A DNA stretch of 64,000 nt from a virus, in the IMG/VR virus record IMGVR_UViG_3300025133_000073, positions 1 through 64,000 of that record; one strand, 5' to 3'. Made by a program: the position numbers and the translations under genes. The notes beneath the pieces were generated by a model. The model did not search any database, was not told the DNA's origin, and saw only the letters and a list, made by a program, of their open reading frames with translations. Below, one piece after another: positions 41,107 to 48,648 of the stretch (positions are counted from its first letter, which is position 1; every line of letters begins with the position of its first letter).

Positions 41107-41352
41107 TTATAGATTATCTATTGCAGCATATACAGCTTCCCTTGTTGCAAATGGTTGTTCTGAGGGAGTGTCAGATTTCTTATCAAGAGGATTGGTAGAT
41201 GAGATGTATAACTTACTCTCATCAAAATACTTACCGTCCTTTTCACCGTACTTGTTGATGCGGATAACGAAACCGTTCTCAGCTTTATCAACACATACCT
41301 CTTTGGTGACACCGTTTGAGGTCTCACTCATTTTTGTTAGATCACTTTTCAT
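41107..41352 (-). CDS. Hypothetical 81-aa protein
   Basis: Fills the gap between the IHF-like and ring genes; VDKAENGFVI beta-strand motif. Confidence 0.65.
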   Translation of the reverse strand: MKSDLTKMSETSNGVTKEVCVDKAENGFVIRINKYGEKDGKYFDESKLYISSTNPLDKKSDTPSEQPFATREAVYAAIDNL

Positions 41353-41845
41353 AAAAATCTACTTTTCTCAATGGGTCCTTCATAGCTCTTCCGAGCTCTC
41401 GTTTCACACCTTTTACAGCATGAAAGCCGTATCCGAATATGTTCTTCACATCTGCACCTGTCTTCTTCCACTTGAAAGATGCCACGTAGCCTCCTGAATG
41501 AAGATTACGGTGATATATATACTTCACCTTTCTTGTTTCAGGTTGCTCCTTCCAAAGTTGTTGAGTAGCATGCATATCGATAGGGAGATTCAATCTTCCA
41601 TTCGGCATCATCCTTACTTTGGGTTTATTTTTCAATATGATGATCGTACCTAATTTATAAGGCATCTTGAATATGAAATTATGATCGATCATCCTCTGTA
41701 CTATTTTACGATTCACTTCATGCACAGCTTTATTGATCACCATACGTGGTAGATCATATCCTGTGTCCTTCTCGATAGAGTCAAGCCCTTTTCGATAAGA
41801 TTGGTATAACTCCTTAGATCCTATGTCGGTCTTATTTCTGTACAT
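41342..41845 (-). CDS. IHF/HU-like DNA-binding virion protein (crAss type)
   Basis: FKMPYKLGTIII.K...IDM.AT..LW...IYHRN.HSGGY...F.W.K pattern; basic. Probable start is MYRNK at 41845 (the track gives 41872). Confidence 0.75.
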   Translation of the reverse strand: MYRNKTDIGSKELYQSYRKGLDSIEKDTGYDLPRMVINKAVHEVNRKIVQRMIDHNFIFKMPYKLGTIIILKNKPKVRMMPNGRLNLPIDMHATQQLWKEQPETRKVKYIYHRNLHSGGYVASFKWKKTGADVKNIFGYGFHAVKGVKRELGRAMKDPLRKVDFYEK

Positions 41846-42527
41846 TCTGAGTAGGAGGTGTATGTGTTCCATCGTTTACCGCATCATTCGGTATCATCAT
41901 TTTACGCAATATCTGTTGAGTAATAGGTTCTTTCATGTATTGCCACATCCAATCTGTAAGCGGATACTCATTATCATCTGAATAACAAGGAGATCCACTG
42001 CATGTATTGAATACTGCCGCATCCGTAGGGTCAGCAGCTACCATGCGTACAGATATCTTCTGTAGAAGCATTACGGTAGGACTCTTCGATACAAGGAACA
42101 GATAGCCGTTTCTGCGGTAAGCAGTTATCATTTCACTGTTGAATTTACTATTACCGAAGAAGAGCGCCTCATTGTATCCCTTGACAGAGAAAGGCTTCTC
42201 ATTCGATAAGGCAGGTCCTACACGTTCTATCGCCTCTCTATGATGCAGAGCAATAGGAGTAGGTAACTTGAGTGCCGTACGCATGATCTTACATCCTGAT
42301 GTGAAATCACAGCATTCTGATACATCTGCCTGTTGTATGTCAACGCACCCAAGATCCTGTATGAGTTCCTCAGGTATAGCACGGTTCTTATTCAATTCGT
42401 TACGTACCCATACTGCACGTTGATTATGTATGAGGTCTTTGATGTAACGTCTGTCAAGAACGTCATCATCATGGATCTCAGGGCGCACTGCCTCTATTAC
42501 CTGATCTGTATATTCATTAAGTGTCAT
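41832..42527 (-). CDS. Tail ring protein (crAss-like)
   Basis: MTLNE...I...RAVWVR...QDLGCV..Q.AD..ECC...CYSDDNEYPL...D..ND pattern of crAss ring proteins; synteny. Confidence 0.7.
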   Translation of the reverse strand: MTLNEYTDQVIEAVRPEIHDDDVLDRRYIKDLIHNQRAVWVRNELNKNRAIPEELIQDLGCVDIQQADVSECCDFTSGCKIMRTALKLPTPIALHHREAIERVGPALSNEKPFSVKGYNEALFFGNSKFNSEMITAYRRNGYLFLVSKSPTVMLLQKISVRMVAADPTDAAVFNTCSGSPCYSDDNEYPLTDWMWQYMKEPITQQILRKMMIPNDAVNDGTHTPPTQNVQK

Positions 42528-43686
42528 GTCCGAATGTTATTCTTGATTCATAAATTCTCTCACTGTTCATATCAGTGATCTCATAATCAACTCCTGCGTT
42601 ACCGCTTCCAAAGTTGTTGTGTATCCAACCAGACGCACCATACATGCTCATGTTGTTCTTATAGCGGAACCTTTTAGCATAATTGATAGCAGATTGATGT
42701 AGATCTCCTTTGACCACATGTATAAAAGGACTTCGTATCTTCTTACGGTCAATATAGTCATTGATGTATCCTTCCGTCTTATCATTCAAGTTAAGAGGCA
42801 TGCCTGACCTTAGATCTCTTTCGTCCTTACCGTGTCCATAGATGTATGCGTGTTCACCGAATATGATATGATCTAAGAGCTGAGATGATACGATCACCTC
42901 GCAGTTCGCATGTCGCAATTCAAGATAGTATTTGATAGCAAGCAGTGCTCCGTAACCGAATGAACCTGTATGGTTATCATTGGAAACAAGAACGAGCTTA
43001 TAGTTGTTTGCAGTATCGTTGGTGATAACTGTCTCCATTGTTTTGATCGTTACCTCAACAAAGCAATCAACCTGCTCTCTATCGTCCATGTTCTGAGGCA
43101 GTATATGACCACCACGTGTAGTTTGACCGTTCTGACCGTCTAACGGATCACCCAGGTCATACATCACGAATGTATCAAACTTACCGAACACTTCTCTTTC
43201 CTGCATTATCCTATCAACTAAAAGACCGTGGCGTTCAAAAACTGCATCACGGTCATATTTGTTCTCATACATACTATTTGTAGCTGTTCGCGCTCCAATA
43301 TGCTTATCCGATGTGAACACCGACAGCATAAGATCACTCTCAGCTCTATCATGCTTCTCCTGATAAGGTTCAACCCTATCTTTAAGAAGACGCTCAAGTA
43401 CAGCTTCAATGTCCTCAAACGCAATTTGATCCTCATCCCGTTCATACGAGAATCCGACCTTTCCTTCAGGTGTGATCCACTTTCTGCGGATCTTCATCCT
43501 GATCTCATCATGTTGCTCGAAGTTACCCTCTTTAATGATCTTTCGAGCTTCCTGCTGCACCGACCCTGTTTCAATAAGTGAAACGTTGATGCCAATGTTT
43601 TTCAATCGTTCTCTAAGTTGAGTAGCGGGCTTCTTAACCCAACTGTTCTTCTTTAGAACGAAATCCAACGCTTGTTGTCTATCCAT
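42517..43686 (-). CDS. Calcineurin-like metallophosphoesterase
   Basis: All five motifs are present: SDKHIG, DLGDPLDG, NDNH, GHG, GDLHQ. Confidence 0.85.
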   Translation of the reverse strand: MDRQQALDFVLKKNSWVKKPATQLRERLKNIGINVSLIETGSVQQEARKIIKEGNFEQHDEIRMKIRRKWITPEGKVGFSYERDEDQIAFEDIEAVLERLLKDRVEPYQEKHDRAESDLMLSVFTSDKHIGARTATNSMYENKYDRDAVFERHGLLVDRIMQEREVFGKFDTFVMYDLGDPLDGQNGQTTRGGHILPQNMDDREQVDCFVEVTIKTMETVITNDTANNYKLVLVSNDNHTGSFGYGALLAIKYYLELRHANCEVIVSSQLLDHIIFGEHAYIYGHGKDERDLRSGMPLNLNDKTEGYINDYIDRKKIRSPFIHVVKGDLHQSAINYAKRFRYKNNMSMYGASGWIHNNFGSGNAGVDYEITDMNSERIYESRITFGHDT

Positions 43687-43699
43687 TGATCAGTTATTA

Positions 43700-43707
43700 C
43701 AAATTTA
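43700..43707 (-). promoter_or_regulatory. TAnnTTTG (-7) promoter element upstream of the phosphoesterase
   Basis: Minus strand TAAATTTG lies 13 nt before the ATG, in a 25-bp gap. The upstream TTTG is at a non-optimal 16-nt spacing. Confidence 0.5.
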
Positions 43708-43711
43708 AGCA

Positions 43712-44227
43712 TTATTTAAGAAGCAAATAAAACATAGCAGCTAATGACGCCCCTATTACAATAGGACCCCCTATCACTATGACCTTTGCAGGTAATAATT
43801 TCTTCTTAAGACCTTTTATCTCAAGGTCCTTATTATCAGTAATCTTCTGTTCTGCTGTGTACTGTTTCCTTACTTCATTGTTCTTAAGTTCCAGATCGAT
43901 TATATTCAATGTCATCAACTCCTGCTGACGCTCACAATTGAATAGATCGAATATTAGTTCTGAATTGATAGCCTCTAAACTATCATTTATTGATTCAGTT
44001 CTGATACGTGAAGCATGTATCTCCCTGATGATGTCCATGCCGACAGCAGTAGTACGGAACATGATGCCGAGTTTAGGGTCATCAACAATGTCGTTGGTAT
44101 ATTCCCTTCCGTCTGCGGTAGTATCAGTTATTGATATCGTGTCCTTTGAAGATGTCTCCGATTGCCCAAAAGTCAGCAATGGCATCATCAGAAGCAATGA
44201 TAGCAATATCTCTTTCAAATTTCTCAT
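43712..44227 (-). CDS. Exported coiled-coil protein with C-terminal TM; possible spanin-like partner
   Basis: Signal peptide MRNLKEILLSLLLMMPLLTFG|Q, coiled coil, C-terminal hydrophobic VIVIGGPIVIGASLAAMFYLLLK. Overlaps the previous gene by 104 bp. Confidence 0.6.
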   Translation of the reverse strand: MRNLKEILLSLLLMMPLLTFGQSETSSKDTISITDTTADGREYTNDIVDDPKLGIMFRTTAVGMDIIREIHASRIRTESINDSLEAINSELIFDLFNCERQQELMTLNIIDLELKNNEVRKQYTAEQKITDNKDLEIKGLKKKLLPAKVIVIGGPIVIGASLAAMFYLLLK

Positions 44228-44504
44228 CTATCTTAGGTAAATTACCTTCTATCCGTTTTCTCCTTTTCCTGCTTTCTTCACGTTCACCATCTATATCAGC
44301 GATCTGAACATCACGTGCTTCAATGATCTTATTCAATGAATCAATACGTGCATCAGATAATTTCTGTGCTGTACGAAGATCCTTATTCTCCTTATGTAAA
44401 GCAAGAAGATAAGGTTCTCCTTTAAATAGAGCAACTGCTCCTGCGATAAGCATTACTATGAATATTACTATGAATATCCACTCAAGTGATGTTCTTTTCT
44501 CCAT
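44124..44504 (-). CDS. i-spanin-like protein (N-terminal TM plus coiled coil)
   Basis: Probable start MEKRTSLEWIFIVIFIVMLIAGAVALF, followed by a heptad coil; directly after the endolysin. Confidence 0.6.
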   Translation of the reverse strand: MEKRTSLEWIFIVIFIVMLIAGAVALFKGEPYLLALHKENKDLRTAQKLSDARIDSLNKIIEARDVQIADIDGEREESRKRRKRIEGNLPKIDEKFERDIAIIASDDAIADFWAIGDIFKGHDINN

Positions 44505-44955
44505 TGTAAAACCCGTTACCGCATATTTCCAATTCGATCTCTGCATCATCATCTTCAATTAGATCCATTATCTTATAGAACGTCTGCTTTTTAGATGCTG
44601 CTATCTCATCATTACCGTCTCCGTCAAAATCAGCATAATGCTGACCTACAAGGACACAGCCTCTGATATCAGGTTGTCCTGATTTAGGATTCTTACTTGC
44701 TGCATAATTCCCCCAATGGACGAGAATATAACCTCTATCAGGTACTCCCGTAATATGCAGATGTCGTTTGTACTTATTGGAATAACGCACTACAACCTTA
44801 TACTTTCCTTCAGGTATACAACTGATGTTCGACTGATTGTCCAACCAAGGAAGCTCAAGTGTCTTACACATGAATTTCTTTGTATCAGTTGTCAGTAACC
44901 AATCTCCTTTGGTCTGCTCTTCTTCGTAATGTCTATCTATATGTATGTTTATCAT
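44482..44955 (-). CDS. DUF5675-family protein, putative endolysin (His/Cys peptidase-like)
   Basis: TLELPW.DN..NISCIPEGKY...VPDRGYILVHWGN...DIRGCVLVG signature. Confidence 0.85.
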   Translation of the reverse strand: MINIHIDRHYEEEQTKGDWLLTTDTKKFMCKTLELPWLDNQSNISCIPEGKYKVVVRYSNKYKRHLHITGVPDRGYILVHWGNYAASKNPKSGQPDIRGCVLVGQHYADFDGDGNDEIAASKKQTFYKIMDLIEDDDAEIELEICGNGFYNGEKNIT

Positions 44956-45371
44956 TTCCCTTCAATTTCCATAGATACTTCAGCATCTTCTCCTAATATC
45001 CAATTATGAGGATTCTTAGGGCTATCGGTAATATGTTCCTGTACCCACGCTTCACCTGCGGCTATAAAAAGAATATCAGGGTCCATGTTATCTTCTGACA
45101 TGTAATCCTCAAAATGATTCTTATTACTGTTATAGAACGCATGTGAGGGTTGAGGAATATCTGATGATCCTATATTCAACCATAGTTCGTTTATGAAAGC
45201 ACATCTGTCCTCCCATCCTTCTTTTATAGGGATAAATGTGTTCAGGCTCCCCTGTCCTGTAGTAAACATCTGACCTACTTTTACTATTGAAATATGTAAT
45301 ATAGGACCACTTGAGTGACTTATCACATAGCGATCCTCTGTACCGTTTCTATTATCAAATTCTTGTGCCAT
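44952..45371 (-). CDS. Hypothetical protein (possible fibre chaperone)
   Basis: 139-aa ORF following the DUF285 protein; coupled to the endolysin by an ATGA overlap. Confidence 0.6.
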   Translation of the reverse strand: MAQEFDNRNGTEDRYVISHSSGPILHISIVKVGQMFTTGQGSLNTFIPIKEGWEDRCAFINELWLNIGSSDIPQPSHAFYNSNKNHFEDYMSEDNMDPDILFIAAGEAWVQEHITDSPKNPHNWILGEDAEVSMEIEGK

Positions 45372-45381
45372 GTTCTATATT

Positions 45382-46410
45382 TTAAACTGAACCTCCATCT
45401 ACGATCGTCCATCCGTAAGTGCTGATCAATGAAGCTCTTGCTGCCTTTCCTGCACCCGCTCCTGTATATGTACTATTTCCGAAGTTTATACTTACTGCGT
45501 TCGTAGGAGCCTGTGCTTCCCACGCAATGAGAATAGCATCGTATACTGCTGTTGAGAATGTATTTGCCGCAAACAGATTCACTGCTGCTGTTATACCTCC
45601 TATTGTCCAAGTAACTACACCTCCTCCTAAATAATTTGTATTCTGGTTGAATACTCCTGACATACTTCCACTCGGAACCCATCCTGAGATAGTTCCGTTC
45701 TGTGTGGTCATTCCTCTAAAGGCGTCTGTCCATGTTGATATACCGCTTACATCCCATGAACTAAGATCACTTCTTGTATAAGAACTATTATTCAACATCA
45801 TCTGTTGAATATTTGTAACACCTGCGTGTATCAGATTCGATATATCACCGTTGAATGAAGTATTCAGATAAAGGAATTGAATGAACGATGTAACACCTGT
45901 TGTACCCCATCCGCTAAAATCACCATCTACTAATGATCCGCATCCTCTGAACGTATAATCCAGATTCGTTGCTGACACAGTAGGTGAGTCAATAACTGAT
46001 ATTGCCGTCATATTATCACATCCGAAGAATCCTCTATTAGTACTAAAGTCAAAATCTCCCCAACTTGTAATACTTAATAGTTTAAGTTTATCCAATCCAT
46101 TATTGAATTTCCATTGATCGATAACACCTGTAATAGTAATAGTATACGTTCCTGATGCAGCATACGTATGCGTCACCTCTGCTTGATTATAAGCAGTTAT
46201 AGTGTCACTATTGGAGTCACCCCAATCAACATCAAAAGGAAATGTTCCTCCTGATATAAGAGGAAGTTTAAATTGCGTACTCGTTGAAGATCCTGCACTT
46301 GTCTTAGTGGTATCGACTTCAAATACGAATCCTGCAACTCCTCCCCCTCCTATTATAGAGTGATAAGAGGTCTTTGACCTACATTTGATATTAGGACGGA
46401 AGTTATTCAT
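45382..46410 (-). CDS. PKD-like domain plus DUF285/BspA-type repeat protein (putative receptor-binding or surface protein)
   Basis: VDWGD...THTYAASGTYTITITG (PKD-like), ITSWG, repeats FNGDISN / DLSSWDVSG / ISGWVP, and C-terminal YDAILIAW...ARASLISTYGWTIVDGG. Confidence 0.8.
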   Translation of the reverse strand: MNNFRPNIKCRSKTSYHSIIGGGGVAGFVFEVDTTKTSAGSSTSTQFKLPLISGGTFPFDVDWGDSNSDTITAYNQAEVTHTYAASGTYTITITGVIDQWKFNNGLDKLKLLSITSWGDFDFSTNRGFFGCDNMTAISVIDSPTVSATNLDYTFRGCGSLVDGDFSGWGTTGVTSFIQFLYLNTSFNGDISNLIHAGVTNIQQMMLNNSSYTRSDLSSWDVSGISTWTDAFRGMTTQNGTISGWVPSGSMSGVFNQNTNYLGGGVVTWTIGGITAAVNLFAANTFSTAVYDAILIAWEAQAPTNAVSINFGNSTYTGAGAGKAARASLISTYGWTIVDGGSV

Positions 46411-46412
46411 TA

Positions 46413-46724
46413 CTACAATGTAGAGTTATAACCCACAACTACTTGATCAATTGTTAGTTTAGTGATCTTACTTCCTTGTGGCGCAGGTAGATATGCACCT
46501 GCGGGAGCAGAAGCAGCCGCTAATCCTCTTGCTGTTCGCTTGTCTGCATCATCCTCTTCATATACGGTAATAGAACATGCAGTATCACCTATGATGATAC
46601 TATCAAATTCTTTATCTGTATGAGCACCTGCAGCAAGTACTTCATAACTTTTTGATCCAACTTCTCTTTCTAACGGTTGCAGCATTTTACGTAAAAGTTG
46701 TACTATTATATTTCCTTCTTTCAT
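46413..46724 (-). CDS. Hypothetical small beta-rich virion protein
   Basis: 103-aa ORF in the tail/lysis cluster. Confidence 0.65.
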   Translation of the reverse strand: MKEGNIIVQLLRKMLQPLEREVGSKSYEVLAAGAHTDKEFDSIIIGDTACSITVYEEDDADKRTARGLAAASAPAGAYLPAPQGSKITKLTIDQVVVGYNSTL

Positions 46725-46725
46725 C

Positions 46726-46974
46726 TTATTCTGGTTTACGAGCTTCTCTCATTATATCCTGAAGCTCAAGGTTTGCTTTATTTTCTTTCTCTGGATCCAA
46801 TTTTGAATTCTCAAAGATCTCATCCTGTATAGGAACTTCCTTTACTATACTATCTGCTTCCCAATACTCAACATTCTGTGTAGCTACGTTATAGCTTCTA
46901 TTTTGAGCCTTTACAGGCATCATACTGAGCTTGCAGAAGCATATTAGCACTAAGCAATACGTTATCCTTTTCAT
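46726..46974 (-). CDS. Small exported protein overlapping the upstream TM gene
   Basis: Probable start MKRITYCLVLICFCKLSMMPVKA|Q (signal peptide); overlaps 46898-47107 in another frame. Confidence 0.5.
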   Translation of the reverse strand: MKRITYCLVLICFCKLSMMPVKAQNRSYNVATQNVEYWEADSIVKEVPIQDEIFENSKLDPEKENKANLELQDIMREARKPE

Positions 46975-47107
46975 ATTGTTCAATTTTTGCCTTATTATAA
47001 CCTCGTTCCTCATAAAGGACAGTAGCTTCTATTGCTAAAGGTATCAATACCAATGTGAGCATCAGTTGCCAATTCTTTTTGAAGAAGTCTTTTGTTTGTT
47101 CGGACAT
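46898..47107 (-). CDS. 69-aa membrane protein (TM plus short coil)
   Basis: WQLMLTLVLIPLAIEATVLY TM segment; downstream of the holin. Confidence 0.6.
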   Translation of the reverse strand: MSEQTKDFFKKNWQLMLTLVLIPLAIEATVLYEERGYNKAKIEQYEKDNVLLSANMLLQAQYDACKGSK

Positions 47108-47193
47108 TTTACTTCATCATTGCATGTACATTCTTTAGGCGCGTACGGACACCATTTATTTGCTTTCTTTTTCTTCTTCGTCCTTATTTTCAT
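47062..47193 (-). CDS. Possible 43-aa Cys-rich basic micro-protein overlapping both neighbours (not in the track)
   Basis: MKIRTKKKKKANKWCPYAPKECTCNDEVKCPNKQKTSSKRIGN*. Spans the 48-bp gap between the holin and the 69-aa gene. Confidence 0.4.
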   Translation of the reverse strand: MKIRTKKKKKANKWCPYAPKECTCNDEVKCPNKQKTSSKRIGN

Positions 47194-47596
47194 TCCTTGG
47201 TTTAAAGGCATCTATCTTATCTTTCAGATATGTCCAGATGTCAGTATCTGTAATATAACCAATATTTTCCATATTTGATCTGAATTCCACAAGAGCTATG
47301 TATCCTGCGGTAAGACTCGTGATAGGCATCCAAGCCATGAATATCACTTCAAGTAAATGAGCAAGTATGATAGCTATGGCATACATTATCATCTTAGTGA
47401 TGGTACGTGCCATTGCTCTCGAATGTATCTTCTCACCTCGTTTCTTTGCTGCACATATACCTGTGAATGTATCCATTATTGCAAATAGCCCTACGGCGAT
47501 TATCATTGTTGTTATGGGAGCAAAGAATGCCATTAAGAATGGTAATCCTATTGTCATAAGGCTTTTCCAAGTGAATGCTGTATACGATATTGTCAT
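47156..47596 (-). CDS. Phage holin (Phage_holin_4_1-like)
   Basis: AFFAPI...MDTFTGICAAKKRGEKIHSRAMARTITK...IALVEFRSNMENI with about 3 TM segments and a charged C-tail. Confidence 0.88.
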   Translation of the reverse strand: MTISYTAFTWKSLMTIGLPFLMAFFAPITTMIIAVGLFAIMDTFTGICAAKKRGEKIHSRAMARTITKMIMYAIAIILAHLLEVIFMAWMPITSLTAGYIALVEFRSNMENIGYITDTDIWTYLKDKIDAFKPRNENKDEEEKESK

Positions 47597-48288
47597 ACTA
47601 AAGGTGATGTTACTTCCTGAGGTTCATACCCTCCAGTACATTTTTGGCAGTATTTATCAAGCCATGTTTTCATTTCACACAGCTCTTCATTTGTCATACA
47701 GCTTCCAGAGATGTTATCTGTCTCTGTAATAGAGGACGAAATACTGGTACTGTTAAAATCTATCATAACAAGTCCTAATGCAGTTGCTGACCAAGGGTCA
47801 GTTGCTGTTCCCCATTCTTCAGAGAATTTCAAAGTGTATGTCCCTATACCTGTCAAAGGATCAATAACTACCGATGAAGTGAAATCCTGAGCACTATTGA
47901 ACGCTTGATTGATCACTGTGTGTAATTGTGTATTCAGATCAATAAGATCTGTACATACATAATCACCCATCATAGGGATCTCTATGGTCATTGCACCGTC
48001 ATAACTTGTTACGATCGGATTTGCAGTTACAGTAACCGTTGTAGGAAATACTGGAACACCTGGCACCACATGGAAAAACTCATGAGTTACTGTTGCTGTC
48101 CACCATGTAGCATCGCTACCTGAAGGATTACACGCAAGCATCTCTAAGAAGACATTTGCTATGAAATCATTGTTGATGCAGCACATTGCATTCTCTACAG
48201 AATGCTTTAAAAGTTCATGTGTAGCATGAGTACTTGTTGATACACAACAAAGTTTGTTATTCACATATTTCTGTACTGCGTTTGCCAT
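47593..48288 (-). CDS. Cys-rich tail/fibre-hub-like structural protein
   Basis: Cys-rich helical N- and C-termini (LCCV, MCCI, SCMT..LCE..YCQKC) flanking a beta-rich insert; tail cluster. Confidence 0.55.
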   Translation of the reverse strand: MANAVQKYVNNKLCCVSTSTHATHELLKHSVENAMCCINNDFIANVFLEMLACNPSGSDATWWTATVTHEFFHVVPGVPVFPTTVTVTANPIVTSYDGAMTIEIPMMGDYVCTDLIDLNTQLHTVINQAFNSAQDFTSSVVIDPLTGIGTYTLKFSEEWGTATDPWSATALGLVMIDFNSTSISSSITETDNISGSCMTNEELCEMKTWLDKYCQKCTGGYEPQEVTSPLV

Positions 48289-48647
48289 TATGTAAAATTA
48301 ACACTTGTTTTATAATCGATCAATATCTCACTTCCTTCTGCTATTGCTTTGGTTGCCGTGAATCTGAACAGGTTGTTCTCCTCATCTGTTTCCCAATCTG
48401 CATTAGGTTCAGTAGAGTGATTGTACGTACTTCCGAATCCCAATACTATGCAATTTGTCTTTGAATAAATAGGGAATGTATAAACGTAGTTCTTCAGGTC
48501 GTCAAGATAACCGTAATCTGCATCTGTCAGGAATATGAAGTGACATTCTTCAAGAATCTCACCTTCAGCTATATCAGCAGAAGCGAATACTCCTCTTCCC
48601 TCTACTTCAGAGTCCTTTATATATAATTTTGTCGCTGCCTGTAACAT
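48288..48647 (-). CDS. SET-domain protein-lysine methyltransferase (minimal, vSET-like)
   Basis: GRGVFA...I.EGEILEEC, LGFGSTYNHSTEPNA, A.KAIAEGSEILIDY (GxG, NHS and ELxxDY SET motifs). Probable start MLQAA at 48647, 1 nt after the upstream stop (119 aa). Confidence 0.93.
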   Translation of the reverse strand: MLQAATKLYIKDSEVEGRGVFASADIAEGEILEECHFIFLTDADYGYLDDLKNYVYTFPIYSKTNCIVLGFGSTYNHSTEPNADWETDEENNLFRFTATKAIAEGSEILIDYKTSVNFT

Positions 48648-48648
48648 C

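Noticed and set aside
45382-46410. Diversity-generating retroelement target
   Set aside because: No reverse transcriptase or template/variable repeat pair is visible in the window.
46889-46900. TAG read-through joining the 69-aa gene to the downstream ORF
   Set aside because: A TAA follows two codons later in the same frame, and the downstream ORF is in another frame.
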